This document shows, piece after piece, positions 47,140-57,760 of a DNA stretch of 64,000 bases. Within the stretch, counting starts at the first letter, position 1, and every line of letters begins with the position of its first letter. The stretch is from an uncultured delta proteobacterium (lineage in GTDB: Bacteria > Desulfobacterota > Binatia > Binatales > Binataceae): NCBI GenBank assembly GCA_963808235.1, contig CAWEEQ010000004.1, forward strand, positions 992,001-1,056,000, given 5' to 3'. A program made the position numbers and the translations under genes. Below the pieces are notes generated by a model that worked only from the letters and a program-made list of their open reading frames with translations, did no database searches and had not been told where the DNA came from.

Positions 47140-48849
47140 TCATCGCGTCTGAGACGATTCGGCGGACGGCGCGGCATGAGGGCTATTGTAGAGCGCAAAT
47201 TTCTTACCTTCGAATCCCAATATCACCGGCGGCGGCTTTAGCGAGTTTCGTAGCGCCGGCAAATCCCGGTCGTTTGCGATCAGAATCATGCATCCGCTGG
47301 ACGACCAAATCTCATTCAGGCGCGTGTCGGAACCGATTATGAATGGTGACTTGAGGGCGGTAGGTGGAGCGACCTCCGAGAGTTCGCCCCAGTACAAAAC
47401 CCGGGTCTCGCGGCGGCCGGTGTAAAACGGAATCGACTGTATGTAGTGGCGATACGAGGCGATTGCGCAGTCGCTCGCGAGGTAGGGCTGCACGATGTGG
47501 GCGAGGTTGCGATAGGTGGAGAACGAGCTTGCGTCCTCGCGCGCGCTGCTGGTCAGTGGAATCGCCGCGAGCATCGCAAGTGCGATCGCGCCGATCGCAT
47601 AAGGCACGCGTGATGCGTCGCGTCCGAGTGCGTACATCAGGACAGCGCCGCCGGCGACGATAAGAGAGAGAAATAGTCCATCGAGCGCGAGCGAGGGATT
47701 TGTGCTGCCCGCTACGGTTTTGAAAAAGACGATACCGGTCAGCGCAAAAACGACGCTGGTGATCACTACTGCGGCGAGAGTGCGGCGGCGCAAATTTGCC
47801 GCGATCGAGCTCAGTCGAAAGAGACCGTATCCGGCGACGATCGCGAGCGGCGGGAGCGCGGGCAGAATGTAGGTGCCGAGTTTGGAGCGGGGGATCGAGA
47901 AGAAAACGAAGATGACCAGGAACCAGATGGCGAGAAAGCTCGCGGCGGCGCGGCGCTGACCTCCGCTCTCGGAGCGGTCGTCGCCGGTGCGCATCGCGGA
48001 CCATCCGATCGGCGTGAAGAAAATCCATGGCCAGGTTCCACCAGCAACTATTGGAATAAAGAACCACGGACCCCATCCGTGCTCGTTCGAACTGACGTAG
48101 CGCTGGAGATGTTCATGGATGAAAAAGAACTTCAGGAAACCGGGATTTCGCGTTTCCATCAAGACGAACCATGGCATGACAATCGCGCAGTAAACGACAG
48201 CACACCAGGCGAGCGGCATTCGGAGGATCGCGGCGAGCCGCCGCTCCGATGCGAGCCATATGGAAACGATCGCGACGCCAAGAAACAGCGCGACAGGTCC
48301 TTTGGCAAGAGTGCCGAGCGCCAGCATCGCAGAGGAAGCGATCAGCCATCGGCGCGAGGGCGGCGCTGCGAACGAGTCATGGCGCGCGGCGGCATAAAAC
48401 GCGGCGAGCGCCGCGGTCAGAAAAAATGCGAGTGCGGGATCGAGCGTTGCGAATCGCGCGAGGCCGAAGAACAGCGGGCTCAGCGCGAGCGCGAGTGCGG
48501 CGAGGAACCCGGCCGTCGCGCCGAGCATCGCCTCGGCCAACGCGGCGGTGACCACAACCTCGCCGACGCTGAAGAGGGCGGCTGGCAATCGCACCGCGAA
48601 CTCGCTTGCGCCGAAGGTTTGAATTGCGGCGGCCTCGGCCCAATAAACTAACGGTGGCTTTTCGAAGTAGAGTTCGAAGTCGTCGCGTGGCGTTACGTAG
48701 TCGCCCGATACGACCATCTCGCGAGCGATTTCGGCGTAACGACCTTCGTCTGGTTCCCAGAGCGCTGGATGGCCGAGGCCGGGAATGTAGAGAATCGCGG
48801 CCAGGATGGCGTAGATACTGAGGCGAAGAGATCGGTTGGACGCTAGCAT
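47140..48849 (-). CDS. arnT: ArnT-like GT-C glycosyltransferase
   Basis: PDEGRYAEIAREM...DYVTP, YFEKPPL.YW, RLP, LAKG, SKL.TYILP. Confidence 0.88.
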   Translation of the reverse strand: MLASNRSLRLSIYAILAAILYIPGLGHPALWEPDEGRYAEIAREMVVSGDYVTPRDDFELYFEKPPLVYWAEAAAIQTFGASEFAVRLPAALFSVGEVVVTAALAEAMLGATAGFLAALALALSPLFFGLARFATLDPALAFFLTAALAAFYAAARHDSFAAPPSRRWLIASSAMLALGTLAKGPVALFLGVAIVSIWLASERRLAAILRMPLAWCAVVYCAIVMPWFVLMETRNPGFLKFFFIHEHLQRYVSSNEHGWGPWFFIPIVAGGTWPWIFFTPIGWSAMRTGDDRSESGGQRRAAASFLAIWFLVIFVFFSIPRSKLGTYILPALPPLAIVAGYGLFRLSSIAANLRRRTLAAVVITSVVFALTGIVFFKTVAGSTNPSLALDGLFLSLIVAGGAVLMYALGRDASRVPYAIGAIALAMLAAIPLTSSAREDASSFSTYRNLAHIVQPYLASDCAIASYRHYIQSIPFYTGRRETRVLYWGELSEVAPPTALKSPFIIGSDTRLNEIWSSSGCMILIANDRDLPALRNSLKPPPVILGFEGKKFALYNSPHAAPSAESSQTR

Positions 48850-48985
48850 CGTCGGAACAGCAGTCTCGCGAGGTGATCGGGCGCGGTCAACCTGTAGGCG
48901 CGCGCTATCTTTAATTCCCCGAGGCTGTCTGCAAGAATCAACTCACGCGACTGTGATCGATGACCCTTCAGGTCGCGCACATTTC

Positions 48986-50068
48986 TTGAGCTTCCCCGAC
49001 AAAATATCACCGATTCGGAACACTTCTACCTTTTCGCGCACGACCGGCGAACTGGTCACGATCGTGGTGCCGGTGTTCAACGAATCGGCGAACCTGGCGT
49101 CGCTCTGGTCGCGCCTCAAGCCGGTGCTCGACGGTCTGGACCGTCCGTGGGAGACCGTTTTTATCGATGACGGATCCCGTGATGATTCTCTATCGATACT
49201 TTGCGAAATTGCGGCGGGCGAAGAGGGCCGCGTGCAAGTGGTCGAGCTGGCGCGCAACTTCGGACAGCATTCCGCGATTCTCGCAGGATTCAGGCAGGCA
49301 CGCGGCGAGATAGTGGTCACGCTCGACGCAGACCTGCAAAATCCGCCGGAAGAAATTCCGCGCCTGATCGCGGCGATCGACGAGGGCAACGACGTGGTGG
49401 GCGGATGGCGCGAGGAGCGTCACGACCAGATGTACAGGAAGTACGCGTCGCGGCTGCACAACCGGTTGACGTCGATGATTGTCGGCGTGCCGATGCATGA
49501 CTACGGATGCATGCTGCGCGCCTATCGGCGGCATATCGTCGAGACGGTAGTCGATTGCGACGAGAAGGCGGCGTTCGTGCCGGCGCTCGCCAACACCTTT
49601 GCCAAGCGCGTCGCCGAAATTCCTGTCGGCCACGACGATCGCGCCAGCGGCGAATCGAAGTACAACCTGTTCGGATTGGCGAAGCTGAGTCTCAATCTGA
49701 TTACCGGATTTTCGCTCATCCCGATTCAGATGCTGAGCATGACCGGGATCGGAATCTCGATGCTGGCCGTAATGATGGCGGTCGTACTGCTCGCCCATCG
49801 GTTGATTTACGGCCCGCAAGAAGAGGGCGCGCTGTGGACGTTGTTCGCGGTGCTGTTCTTTTTCATCGGGATGATATTTCTCGCGCTCGGGCTGATCGGC
49901 GAATACGCCGGACGTATCTATATAGAAGTGCGGGGTCGCCCTACCTATATCATCCGAAAGATCCACTCGCCTGATCGCAAATTGGGCGATTCGAAATCCG
50001 ATAAAGCGCGAGATGCGAATGGAGCCGAGCGCAAGGCGGACGATTCGGAAGCCAACAAACGCGACTGA
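48986..50068 (+). CDS. arnC: ArnC-like undecaprenyl-phosphate glycosyltransferase (GT2)
   Basis: VVPVFNE, DDGSRD, RNFGQHSAI, DADLQNPPEEIP, DYGCMLRAY; start uncertain. Confidence 0.85.
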   Translation: MSFPDKISPIRNTSTFSRTTGELVTIVVPVFNESANLASLWSRLKPVLDGLDRPWETVFIDDGSRDDSLSILCEIAAGEEGRVQVVELARNFGQHSAILAGFRQARGEIVVTLDADLQNPPEEIPRLIAAIDEGNDVVGGWREERHDQMYRKYASRLHNRLTSMIVGVPMHDYGCMLRAYRRHIVETVVDCDEKAAFVPALANTFAKRVAEIPVGHDDRASGESKYNLFGLAKLSLNLITGFSLIPIQMLSMTGIGISMLAVMMAVVLLAHRLIYGPQEEGALWTLFAVLFFFIGMIFLALGLIGEYAGRIYIEVRGRPTYIIRKIHSPDRKLGDSKSDKARDANGAERKADDSEANKRD

Positions 50069-50092
50069 CTAACTATCTCGAGAGCTTCGACC

Positions 50093-51076
50093 GTGGAGTC
50101 CAACGTTTCGAGTGTCGCATCCGGCGCGACTGTGAAAGTGAAATCCACGCCGTGCGTGCTGTTCGCGTATCATGAGATGGGTTACGCGTGCATGGAGGCG
50201 CTGATAAAAATGGGTGCGCCGATTGCGGCGCTGGTGACGCATCGGGACGACCCGCACGAGGAAATCTGGTGGCGATCGTGCGCGCAGCTGGCCGCGCGTC
50301 ACGGTATACCGGTGCATACTCCGGATAGCGCTGATGCGGAGTTGGCGGCGATCGTCGGCGCGGCAAAGCCCGCCATAATGTATTCCATGTCATACCGGCA
50401 CCTGATTCCCGAGAGCGTGCTCGGATTGGCGCGGCTCGGCGCTTTCAACCTGCATCCGTCGATCCTGCCGGCATATCGCGGCCGCGCCCCGGTTAACTGG
50501 ATGCTGGTCAATGGGGAACACGAAGCAGGGGTCACGTTGCATCGGATGGTCGCGCGCGCCGACGCGGGAGACATTGTGGGCCAGCGCGCGGTTGCGATCG
50601 ACGACCGCGACAACGCGCTCACGCTCTATCGCAAGCTGGTGCCGCTGGGCGTCGAGCTGATAACTGAAATGCATCCGCGAATCGTCGCCGGCAATGCACC
50701 GCGGCGAAAGATGGATATCGCGAAGGGAAGTTACTTCGGGCGCAGGAAGCCGGAGGACGGACGAATCGACTGGCGATGGCCGGCGCGCAGGATATTCAAC
50801 CTGGTGCGAGCGGTCACGCATCCGTATCCGGGCGCGTTCTGTTTCACTGGCGGACGAAAGCTGCTGGTATGGGAAGCGAGCGTCGGCGCGGAAGCAGGGC
50901 ATCGCGGAGCGCCGGGTGAGATAGTTGGAAAAACAGCGGATGGCGCGCTCGAAATTGCCGCGGGAGAGGGCAGCGTGATCGTGAGACGCGCGCAGTTTGA
51001 GAATTGCGTGGAAAGCGATGCGAGCGAAGTACTGGCCGGCGTCTCGCGCGGCGAAGAGACGATACTGTTCGAATAG
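50093..51076 (+). CDS. Stand-alone ArnA-type formyltransferase
   Basis: FAYHEMG, AFNLHPS.LP.YRGRAPVNW, DAGDI, YFGRRKPEDG, RAVTHPYPGAF. Confidence 0.88.
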   Translation: MESNVSSVASGATVKVKSTPCVLFAYHEMGYACMEALIKMGAPIAALVTHRDDPHEEIWWRSCAQLAARHGIPVHTPDSADAELAAIVGAAKPAIMYSMSYRHLIPESVLGLARLGAFNLHPSILPAYRGRAPVNWMLVNGEHEAGVTLHRMVARADAGDIVGQRAVAIDDRDNALTLYRKLVPLGVELITEMHPRIVAGNAPRRKMDIAKGSYFGRRKPEDGRIDWRWPARRIFNLVRAVTHPYPGAFCFTGGRKLLVWEASVGAEAGHRGAPGEIVGKTADGALEIAAGEGSVIVRRAQFENCVESDASEVLAGVSRGEETILFE

Positions 51077-51088
51077 TTCGGAGGTCAC

Positions 51089-52055
51089 ATGCGGGTTCTG
51101 ATAACCGGCGGCGCGGGATTTCTCGGGTCGCATCTTTCTGACGCGTTCATCGCGCGCGGCGACGAAGTCTTTGTGCTCGACACCGGCTCGATCGCCAAGG
51201 TGCGGCATCTGCTGAACAACCCGCTCTTCCACTACGTGCATGACTCGGTGTTCAACGTCGAGCTGATCGACAGTCTCGTGTCGAAGGTCGATCTCATCTA
51301 CCATCTCGCGGCCGTCGTGGGGGTGGAGCACTACGTCGCCGATCCGTACGAGACGCTCAACGTGAACGTGAACGGGACGCAGAACGTTCTGAAGGCGGCC
51401 TATAAGCACAACAAGCGCGTGGTTTTCAGCTCAACGTCGGAGGTATACGGACGCAATCCGAAAGTGCCATGGCGCGAAGACGACGATCGCGTGCTCGGCG
51501 CGACCAGCATCGACCGATGGTGCTACTCGACTTCGAAGGCAGTCGGCGAGCATTTTTGTTTCGCGTATCACAAGCTCGGCCTGCCGGTTACGATCGTGCG
51601 CTACTTCAACGCGTACGGTCCGCGCCTCGACAAGGTTGACGTCGGGCGCCTGTTCACGATCTTCATGGGGCAGTTGCTGCGCGGCGCGGACTTGACCGTG
51701 GTTGGCGACGGCTTGCAGACGCGATGCTTCACCTATGTGACCGACGCGATCGATGCGACCGTGCAGGCGGGAGTGAATCCCAAGGCCGACGGACAAGCGA
51801 TTAACATCGGCGTCGAACGTCGAGACGACAGTGCTCGAATTCGCAAAGCTGATGATCGAACTGTTTGGCCAGACGAAATCGAAGATCAAGTTCGTGACCC
51901 AGGAAGAAGTTTACGGAAACAGTTACGAGGATATCCCACGGCGGGTGCCGGACAATACGAAAATGCGCACGCTGCTCGGAGTCACGCCGAAGGTGAATAT
52001 GCGCGAAGGCGTGAAAATTTCGATGGACTGGTTTCGCAAAGAGATGGCTTCCTAG
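51089..52055 (+). CDS. NAD-dependent epimerase/decarboxylase (ArnA C-terminal-like), +1 frameshift near 51816
   Basis: GGAGFLG, SSTSEVYG, RWCYSTSK, YGPR; continues as ETTVLEFAKL...YEDIPRRVPD in the shifted frame. Confidence 0.85.
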
Positions 52056-52088
52056 GCGCGGCGCATCCGCGCAGTCATCCTGCTTCGC

Positions 52089-53003
52089 GTGGAAGTCGCA
52101 CTAAAAATCAACGTCGATACCCATCAGGGTCTCGAGCATGGAGTGCCACGGCTCGCGGCGATGCTCGAGCGCGAGGCTATCGCCGCGAGTTTCTATATCG
52201 CGATGGGCCCGGACAATTCGGGGCGCGCAATCCTGCGCGTATTTCGAAATCGCGGATTCATCTCAAAAATGTTCCGTACCAAGGCGGCCTCGATGTACGG
52301 GGCGCGCACGATTTTATCGGGAACGATAATGCCGTCGCGGCCGATCGCGCTGTCGTTTCCCGAAATACTTCGACAACTCAGAGGGCGTGGTTTTGAGGTA
52401 GGCGTTCATGGCTATTGCCATGTGCGATGGCAGGATCAGCTGGACAAAATCGGCGACCGCGGGGTTCGCGACGAACTCGAAGATGCGTTCGAGGCGTATC
52501 GCGCAATTTTCGGCGCGGCGTCGAAGAGCTTCGCCGCGCCCGGATGGCGCACCAATGACGCGGCGCTGCTTGCGCTCGATGCGATGGGCCTCGACTATCG
52601 CAGCGATACGCGCGGGCGTTCGCCGTATCGATGCGTGGTCAGCGGCAAAGTGCTCGCAACTCCCGAGATACCGACCACGCTGCCTACTCTCGACGAAGTC
52701 ATGGGCCGTCGCGATTTGTCGGATGCCGCGTCGATCACGAATTTCTATCTCGGGCTGTGCAAGGCCGACGCGCTCAATGTGCATACGATTCACGCCGAGA
52801 CTGAAGGGATGGGGCAGCTGGAGAGTTTCACCGCGTTGGTTCGTGCGCTGAAAGATCGAGGAGCAGAGTTCGTGCAGCTTCGCGAAGTCGCGGCACGGCT
52901 CGATCGCGCGGAACTTCCAGTCTGCGAAGTCGTTCGCTCGACGCTGCCCGGGCGCGCGGGATGGGTCTCGGTGCAGGGACCGGTGCGAACCGGCTCCGAA
53001 TGA
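52089..53003 (+). CDS. arnD: ArnD-like deformylase (polysaccharide deacetylase family)
   Basis: GVPRL, MGPDNSGR, H.RWQD, APGW, SDTRG, IPTTLPTLDE, TIHAE.EG. Confidence 0.85.
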   Translation: MEVALKINVDTHQGLEHGVPRLAAMLEREAIAASFYIAMGPDNSGRAILRVFRNRGFISKMFRTKAASMYGARTILSGTIMPSRPIALSFPEILRQLRGRGFEVGVHGYCHVRWQDQLDKIGDRGVRDELEDAFEAYRAIFGAASKSFAAPGWRTNDAALLALDAMGLDYRSDTRGRSPYRCVVSGKVLATPEIPTTLPTLDEVMGRRDLSDAASITNFYLGLCKADALNVHTIHAETEGMGQLESFTALVRALKDRGAEFVQLREVAARLDRAELPVCEVVRSTLPGRAGWVSVQGPVRTGSE

Positions 53004-53064
53004 CGAATCGCCGGTGGTGTGTTATATCCCGAGGACGCAAATCTAATCGCAGGGAGAACTTGCA

Positions 53065-54255
53065 ATGCCCGCGCAAAGTCATTTTGCAGAGAGTCCGCGC
53101 GAAGTGGGTCTCGACCCGGATAAAGTGGAGGCGCTGTTCAAGCGAGCCGAGCGCGAAGTCAACGAAGGATTGCTGCCGTCGACGCAGATCGCGATTGCGC
53201 GCAACGGAAAGATCGGCGCGATGCGCACCGTCGGACATGCCCGTCAGGGTGGACAGGACAAGCCCGCCACCAACGAGACGCTCTACACGATTTTTTCCTG
53301 CACCAAGGCGATCATGTCGGCGGCATCGTGGATCCTGATGGGCGAAGGCAAACTGAATCCGAGCGAGCGGGTGGCGGAGATCGTCCCGGAGTTCGGCACC
53401 AACGGCAAGGAGAAAATCACGGTCGAGCAGGTACTGCTCCACGTTTCGGGATTTCCCAACGCGCCATATCCGCAGGACGAGTGGCCCGATAAGCGCAAGC
53501 GCCTGGAGCGGTTTGCGAAATGGCGGCTCGAATGGCCCGTCGGCAGCAAGTTTGAATATCATCCGACCTCGGGCTTCTGGGTAATCGCGGAAATAATTGA
53601 GCGCCGCACCGGCAAGGACTTTCGGGAATTTGTATACGAGCGAATTTCGACCCCGCTCGGATTGCCGGAGCTTCGCGTCGGCCTGCCGCGCGAATTTCAT
53701 GCTCGGATCGCGGAACTGTGTCACGTCAGCGAACCGCTGACCGACGAAGAGCGCAAGAAATTCGGGTTGCCGGCGATGCCTGAAACGGAAGTTACCGAAG
53801 AAGCGATCATGGGCTTCAACCGGCCGCAGGTCAGGGAATCGGGAGTGCCGGGCGGCGGCGGAATCATGACCGCCGGAGATCTCGCGCTGTTCTATCAGGG
53901 ACTTCTGCACAATCGCGGCACCAACGGCGCGCCAATCGTCAAGCCGGAGGCGCTCAAGGAAGGGCTGCGCGTGCGCTCGGGCGATTACAAGGATCCGATT
54001 TTCGGCGTCAAAGTTAATCGAGCGCTTGGTGTGGTCGTGGCGGGCGGCGATGGGCTAGCGAACTACCGCGGCTTCGGCAAGACGAACACCGCGCTCGCAT
54101 TCGGACACGGCGGCGCGGGCGGACAGATCGGATGGGCGGATCCGGGCACAGGAATTTCTATCGGATATTGCACCAATGGATTCGATCGCAACGACATGAG
54201 ACAGGGCCGTCGAGGAGTGGCGTTGTCGAGCCTCGCCGCGGTGTGCGCAGGGTAG
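53065..54255 (+). CDS. Beta-lactamase-family serine hydrolase
   Basis: SxxK (FSCTK), LLH.SG, YHP, FGHGGAGG, ADP. Confidence 0.9.
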   Translation: MPAQSHFAESPREVGLDPDKVEALFKRAEREVNEGLLPSTQIAIARNGKIGAMRTVGHARQGGQDKPATNETLYTIFSCTKAIMSAASWILMGEGKLNPSERVAEIVPEFGTNGKEKITVEQVLLHVSGFPNAPYPQDEWPDKRKRLERFAKWRLEWPVGSKFEYHPTSGFWVIAEIIERRTGKDFREFVYERISTPLGLPELRVGLPREFHARIAELCHVSEPLTDEERKKFGLPAMPETEVTEEAIMGFNRPQVRESGVPGGGGIMTAGDLALFYQGLLHNRGTNGAPIVKPEALKEGLRVRSGDYKDPIFGVKVNRALGVVVAGGDGLANYRGFGKTNTALAFGHGGAGGQIGWADPGTGISIGYCTNGFDRNDMRQGRRGVALSSLAAVCAG

Positions 54256-54298
54256 GGGGCACGAGGATTGGTCATCAGATTGCGTGTGCTAGAGTGAA

Positions 54299-54517
54299 AT
54301 GATGAAGTTTCTCGTGACCTTGGAACGTGACGAAGACGGCTTTGTCGTCGTGGAATGCCCGGCACTACCGGGATGTCTCTCCCAGGGGCGGACCGAAGCT
54401 GAAGCTCTCGCGAATATCCGCGAGGCGATAGAAGCGAGCTTGGAAACCCGGCGAGAGTACGGAATCTCGACGCAAGTCGAGGTTGCCGAGGTCGAAATCA
54501 AAACTTCGCCGGATTAA
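54299..54517 (+). CDS. hicB: HicB family antitoxin (short)
   Basis: DEDG.VV.CPALPGCLSQGRT..EALANIREAI. Confidence 0.9.
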   Translation: MMKFLVTLERDEDGFVVVECPALPGCLSQGRTEAEALANIREAIEASLETRREYGISTQVEVAEVEIKTSPD

Positions 54518-54523
54518 TTTGCG

Positions 54524-54751
54524 ATGGCCACACTGCCGGTCTGCTCGGGTGCCGACGCAATCCGGGTTTTTGAATGCGCAGGCTGGTCACAAGCGTCGCA
54601 GAAAGGCAGCCATACGACGCTGGTAAAATCGGGGGCAGTGGTCGTCCTCACAGTCCCAGTACATAAAGAGCTTGGCCGTGGCCTTCTTCGCAGCTTGATT
54701 CGAAAAGCGGGAATGACGGTCGAGGAATTCGTCGATTTGCTCAACCGCTAG
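54524..54751 (+). CDS. hicA: HicA family toxin
   Basis: LPV.SG, GW...QKGSH, VPVH.EL.RG.LRS.I. Confidence 0.9.
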   Translation: MATLPVCSGADAIRVFECAGWSQASQKGSHTTLVKSGAVVVLTVPVHKELGRGLLRSLIRKAGMTVEEFVDLLNR

Positions 54752-54758
54752 CGGCGAC

Positions 54759-56054
54759 TCAGTCGGCGAAGGGGTTTTGTACGACGATGGTGGCCTCGCG
54801 TTCCTTGCCGACGCCGATCATCGCGATCGGCACGCCGGCGAGCTCGCCGATTCGATCGACATAGCGGCGCACGCTCGACGGTAACTGTTCCAGCGTGCGC
54901 GCATCCGCCGGGCTCTCGCTCCATCCCGGCATCTCCTCGAAAATCGGCTTCGCGTTGATGAGCATCCGCTGCGACGGCGGCATATCGTCGTAGCGTTTTC
55001 CCTTTACGGTGTAACCGACGCAAATTTTGACCGGGTCGATTCCGGTCAGCACGTCGAGCTTGGTCAGCGCCAGCGCCCACATCCCGTTGACGCGAGCCGC
55101 GTAGCGCGCGAGCACTGCGTCGAACCATCCGATACGCCGCGGTCGCCCGGTCGCGCTGCCGAACTCGTTGCCCTCTTCGCGCAGAGAGTCCGCAAGGTAG
55201 CCGGTGAACTCGCTCGGAAACGGTCCCGCGCCGACCCGCGTCGTGTAGCCCTTGCTGATTCCTAGTACGGCGTCGAGGCTGTCCGGCCCAACTCCGGTGC
55301 CGCTAAACACGTTGCTGGCAACGCAGTTTGACGAAGTCACATACGGATAGGTGCCGTGATCGATATCGAGCATCGTGCCGTGCGCGCCTTCGAAAAGAAC
55401 GCGCTGGCCGGATTTGATCGCCGCGCTGACGAGCGCGCCGGTGTCGCACAGATAAGGAAGCAGGCGGCGGCGCGCTTTCTTCATGGCCGCGATCGTCTCG
55501 TCCGCTTTGATCGGTTTCTGTTTCAGTATCACCTTCAGATAGAGATTTTTTTCGGTGATGTTGCGGCGTAGCTTTTCGGTGAAGAATTTGAAATCGAGCA
55601 GGTCCTCGAATCTGAGCCCGACTCTCGACATCTTGTCTTCGTATGCCGGGCCGATTCCAAATCCCGTGGTTCCAATCGCGCGTTTCCCCAGCCGCGCCTC
55701 GCGCGCACGATCGATCGCAAGATGATACGGCATCACCAGGTGCGCGTCGTAACTGATTTTAAAAAGATCATCGTCAGCGAGATGGCCGCCGAGCTTAAGA
55801 TCGGAGATTTCCGCCAACAGCGCCAGCGGATTGACGACCAACCCGTTCCCGATCACGCAAACCTTGCCGGGATGGAGCGCGCCGGCCGGGACCAGCCGCA
55901 GGACGAATTTTTTTCCGCCGACGACCAGCGTGTGCGCCGCGTTGTTTCCACCCTGGAATCGCACGACGACATCGGCGTCGGCGGCGAGCATGTCGACGAT
56001 TTTGCCCTTACCCTCATCTCCCCACTGCGTGCCGACCACCGCAACTGTCTTCAT
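54759..56054 (-). CDS. purA: Adenylosuccinate synthetase
   Basis: QWGDEGKGK, IGTT..GIGPAY, LDIDHGTYPYVTSS, TGRPRR.GW, TKLDVL. Confidence 0.97.
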   Translation of the reverse strand: MKTVAVVGTQWGDEGKGKIVDMLAADADVVVRFQGGNNAAHTLVVGGKKFVLRLVPAGALHPGKVCVIGNGLVVNPLALLAEISDLKLGGHLADDDLFKISYDAHLVMPYHLAIDRAREARLGKRAIGTTGFGIGPAYEDKMSRVGLRFEDLLDFKFFTEKLRRNITEKNLYLKVILKQKPIKADETIAAMKKARRRLLPYLCDTGALVSAAIKSGQRVLFEGAHGTMLDIDHGTYPYVTSSNCVASNVFSGTGVGPDSLDAVLGISKGYTTRVGAGPFPSEFTGYLADSLREEGNEFGSATGRPRRIGWFDAVLARYAARVNGMWALALTKLDVLTGIDPVKICVGYTVKGKRYDDMPPSQRMLINAKPIFEEMPGWSESPADARTLEQLPSSVRRYVDRIGELAGVPIAMIGVGKEREATIVVQNPFAD

Positions 56055-56157
56055 TTCTCTCCCCTCGGCGTGCGTCGAGTTTTCCGCACGCAACTCTCCG
56101 CACGCATTCGTGCGCGCACTCCGACCCAAGCGCCGGTGCGCGAGTATCAGTCTGAAT

Positions 56158-57753
56158 TCAGAGCTTCAGTAGTGATGCCGCCGTAATTGCCGGCAGAGTT
56201 TTCAGTTTGTCGAGTACCGCATTCGGCACAGGCTCATCGACTTCGAAAATGCTGAGCGCGGTTCCGCCCACCCGATCGCGGCCAAGTTCCAGGCCGCCAA
56301 TATTTATTCCCGCCTGCCCGAGCATCGAGCCGACCGCGCCGACCACTCCGGGCACGTCGCGATTATGCAGCATCAGGAAGTAGCCGTCGGGCACCGCCTC
56401 GACGTGGTATCCGTCGATCCGAGTCAACCGCAACGCGCGATTTCCCAACACGGCGCCGGCCACTTCATGCTCTCCCGCTCCGGTGCGGACGGTGAGGGTG
56501 AGGGTATTTACATAGTCAGTGACTTCGCGGGAGCGTTTTTCGGTGATGCTGATTCCACGTTCGCGGGCGATGAACGGCGCGTTGACGTAATTCAGATCCT
56601 CATCGAGGAAGCCGCTCATCAGGCCCTTCAAGACGGCCGCAGTGATTGCGTCGGGTTTCAGATTGGCCGCCTCGCCGCCGAATGCCAGCGTCAGTTCCTT
56701 CGGTGGATCTGTTATCAACTGCGCTGCGAGGCGCCCCAACTTCTCGCCGAGAGTAAGATGCGGTCCCAGGACCTCGAGCTCCTTGGTCGACAAGGCAGGA
56801 ATGTTTACCGCCTGTCGAATGGTGCCATCGATCAGGAACTCGGCTACTTGATGCGCGATGTCGACCGAGACCTGGACCTGCGCTTCGTCGGTAGCAGCGC
56901 CGAGATGAGGCGTCGCGATCACGCTTTCGAACTTGAGCAGCGGATGGTCGGCGGGCGGTGGCTCCTGGACGAAGACATCGAGCGCGGCGCCGGCGACCTT
57001 TCCCGACTTGAGCGCGTCGGCGAGCGCATTCTCATCGACGATTCCGCCGCGTGCGCAGTTGATGATGCGCACGCCCTTCTTCATCTTCGCGAATGCGGCG
57101 GCGCCAACCAGCCCGCGCGTATCGTCAGTGAGCGGAGTGTGAACGGTAATGAAGTCGGCGCGGGCGAAGAGCTGATCGAGGCTCACCAGCTCGACGCCGA
57201 CGCGTCCGGCGGCCTCCGCGGTGAGAATCGGATCGTATCCAATAACTTTCATCTTCAGGCCGAGCGCGCGGTCGGCGACGATCCGCCCGATGTTGCCCAA
57301 GCCGACGACGCCGAGGGTTTTGTTGCAAATTTCGGCGCCGGTGAATTTTGTTCGATCCCACTTGCCCGCGCGCAACGCCGCGTTGGCAGCGGGAATATGC
57401 CGCGCCATCGCCATCATCATTGTAATTGCGTGCTCGGCGGTGGTGACGCTGTTGCCGGTCGGGCTGTTCATCACGACGATTCCGCGCCGTGTGGCCGCTT
57501 CGATATCGACGTTGTCCACGCCGACGCCTGCGCGTCCGATCACCTTCAGCGCGGTTGCGGCATCGATCACCTCGCGCGTGACTTTGGTGCCGCTGCGGAT
57601 GAGCAGCGCGTCGTAGGGCGCGATTATTTGCGCCAGCTCTTCGGGCTTGAGCCCGGTCTTGACGTCGAACTTGAGCTGCGGAAAGCGCTTCAGGACTTCG
57701 ATACCCTGGGGCGCAAGCGAGTCGCTTAGTAGAACGCGGAAGGTTTCCGCCAT
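56158..57753 (-). CDS. serA: D-3-phosphoglycerate dehydrogenase
   Basis: GRAGVGVDN, GLGNIG, INCARGG, TPHLGAAT.EAQ, C-terminal ACT domain. Confidence 0.96.
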   Translation of the reverse strand: MAETFRVLLSDSLAPQGIEVLKRFPQLKFDVKTGLKPEELAQIIAPYDALLIRSGTKVTREVIDAATALKVIGRAGVGVDNVDIEAATRRGIVVMNSPTGNSVTTAEHAITMMMAMARHIPAANAALRAGKWDRTKFTGAEICNKTLGVVGLGNIGRIVADRALGLKMKVIGYDPILTAEAAGRVGVELVSLDQLFARADFITVHTPLTDDTRGLVGAAAFAKMKKGVRIINCARGGIVDENALADALKSGKVAGAALDVFVQEPPPADHPLLKFESVIATPHLGAATDEAQVQVSVDIAHQVAEFLIDGTIRQAVNIPALSTKELEVLGPHLTLGEKLGRLAAQLITDPPKELTLAFGGEAANLKPDAITAAVLKGLMSGFLDEDLNYVNAPFIARERGISITEKRSREVTDYVNTLTLTVRTGAGEHEVAGAVLGNRALRLTRIDGYHVEAVPDGYFLMLHNRDVPGVVGAVGSMLGQAGINIGGLELGRDRVGGTALSIFEVDEPVPNAVLDKLKTLPAITAASLLKL

Positions 57754-57760
57754 GTTGATT

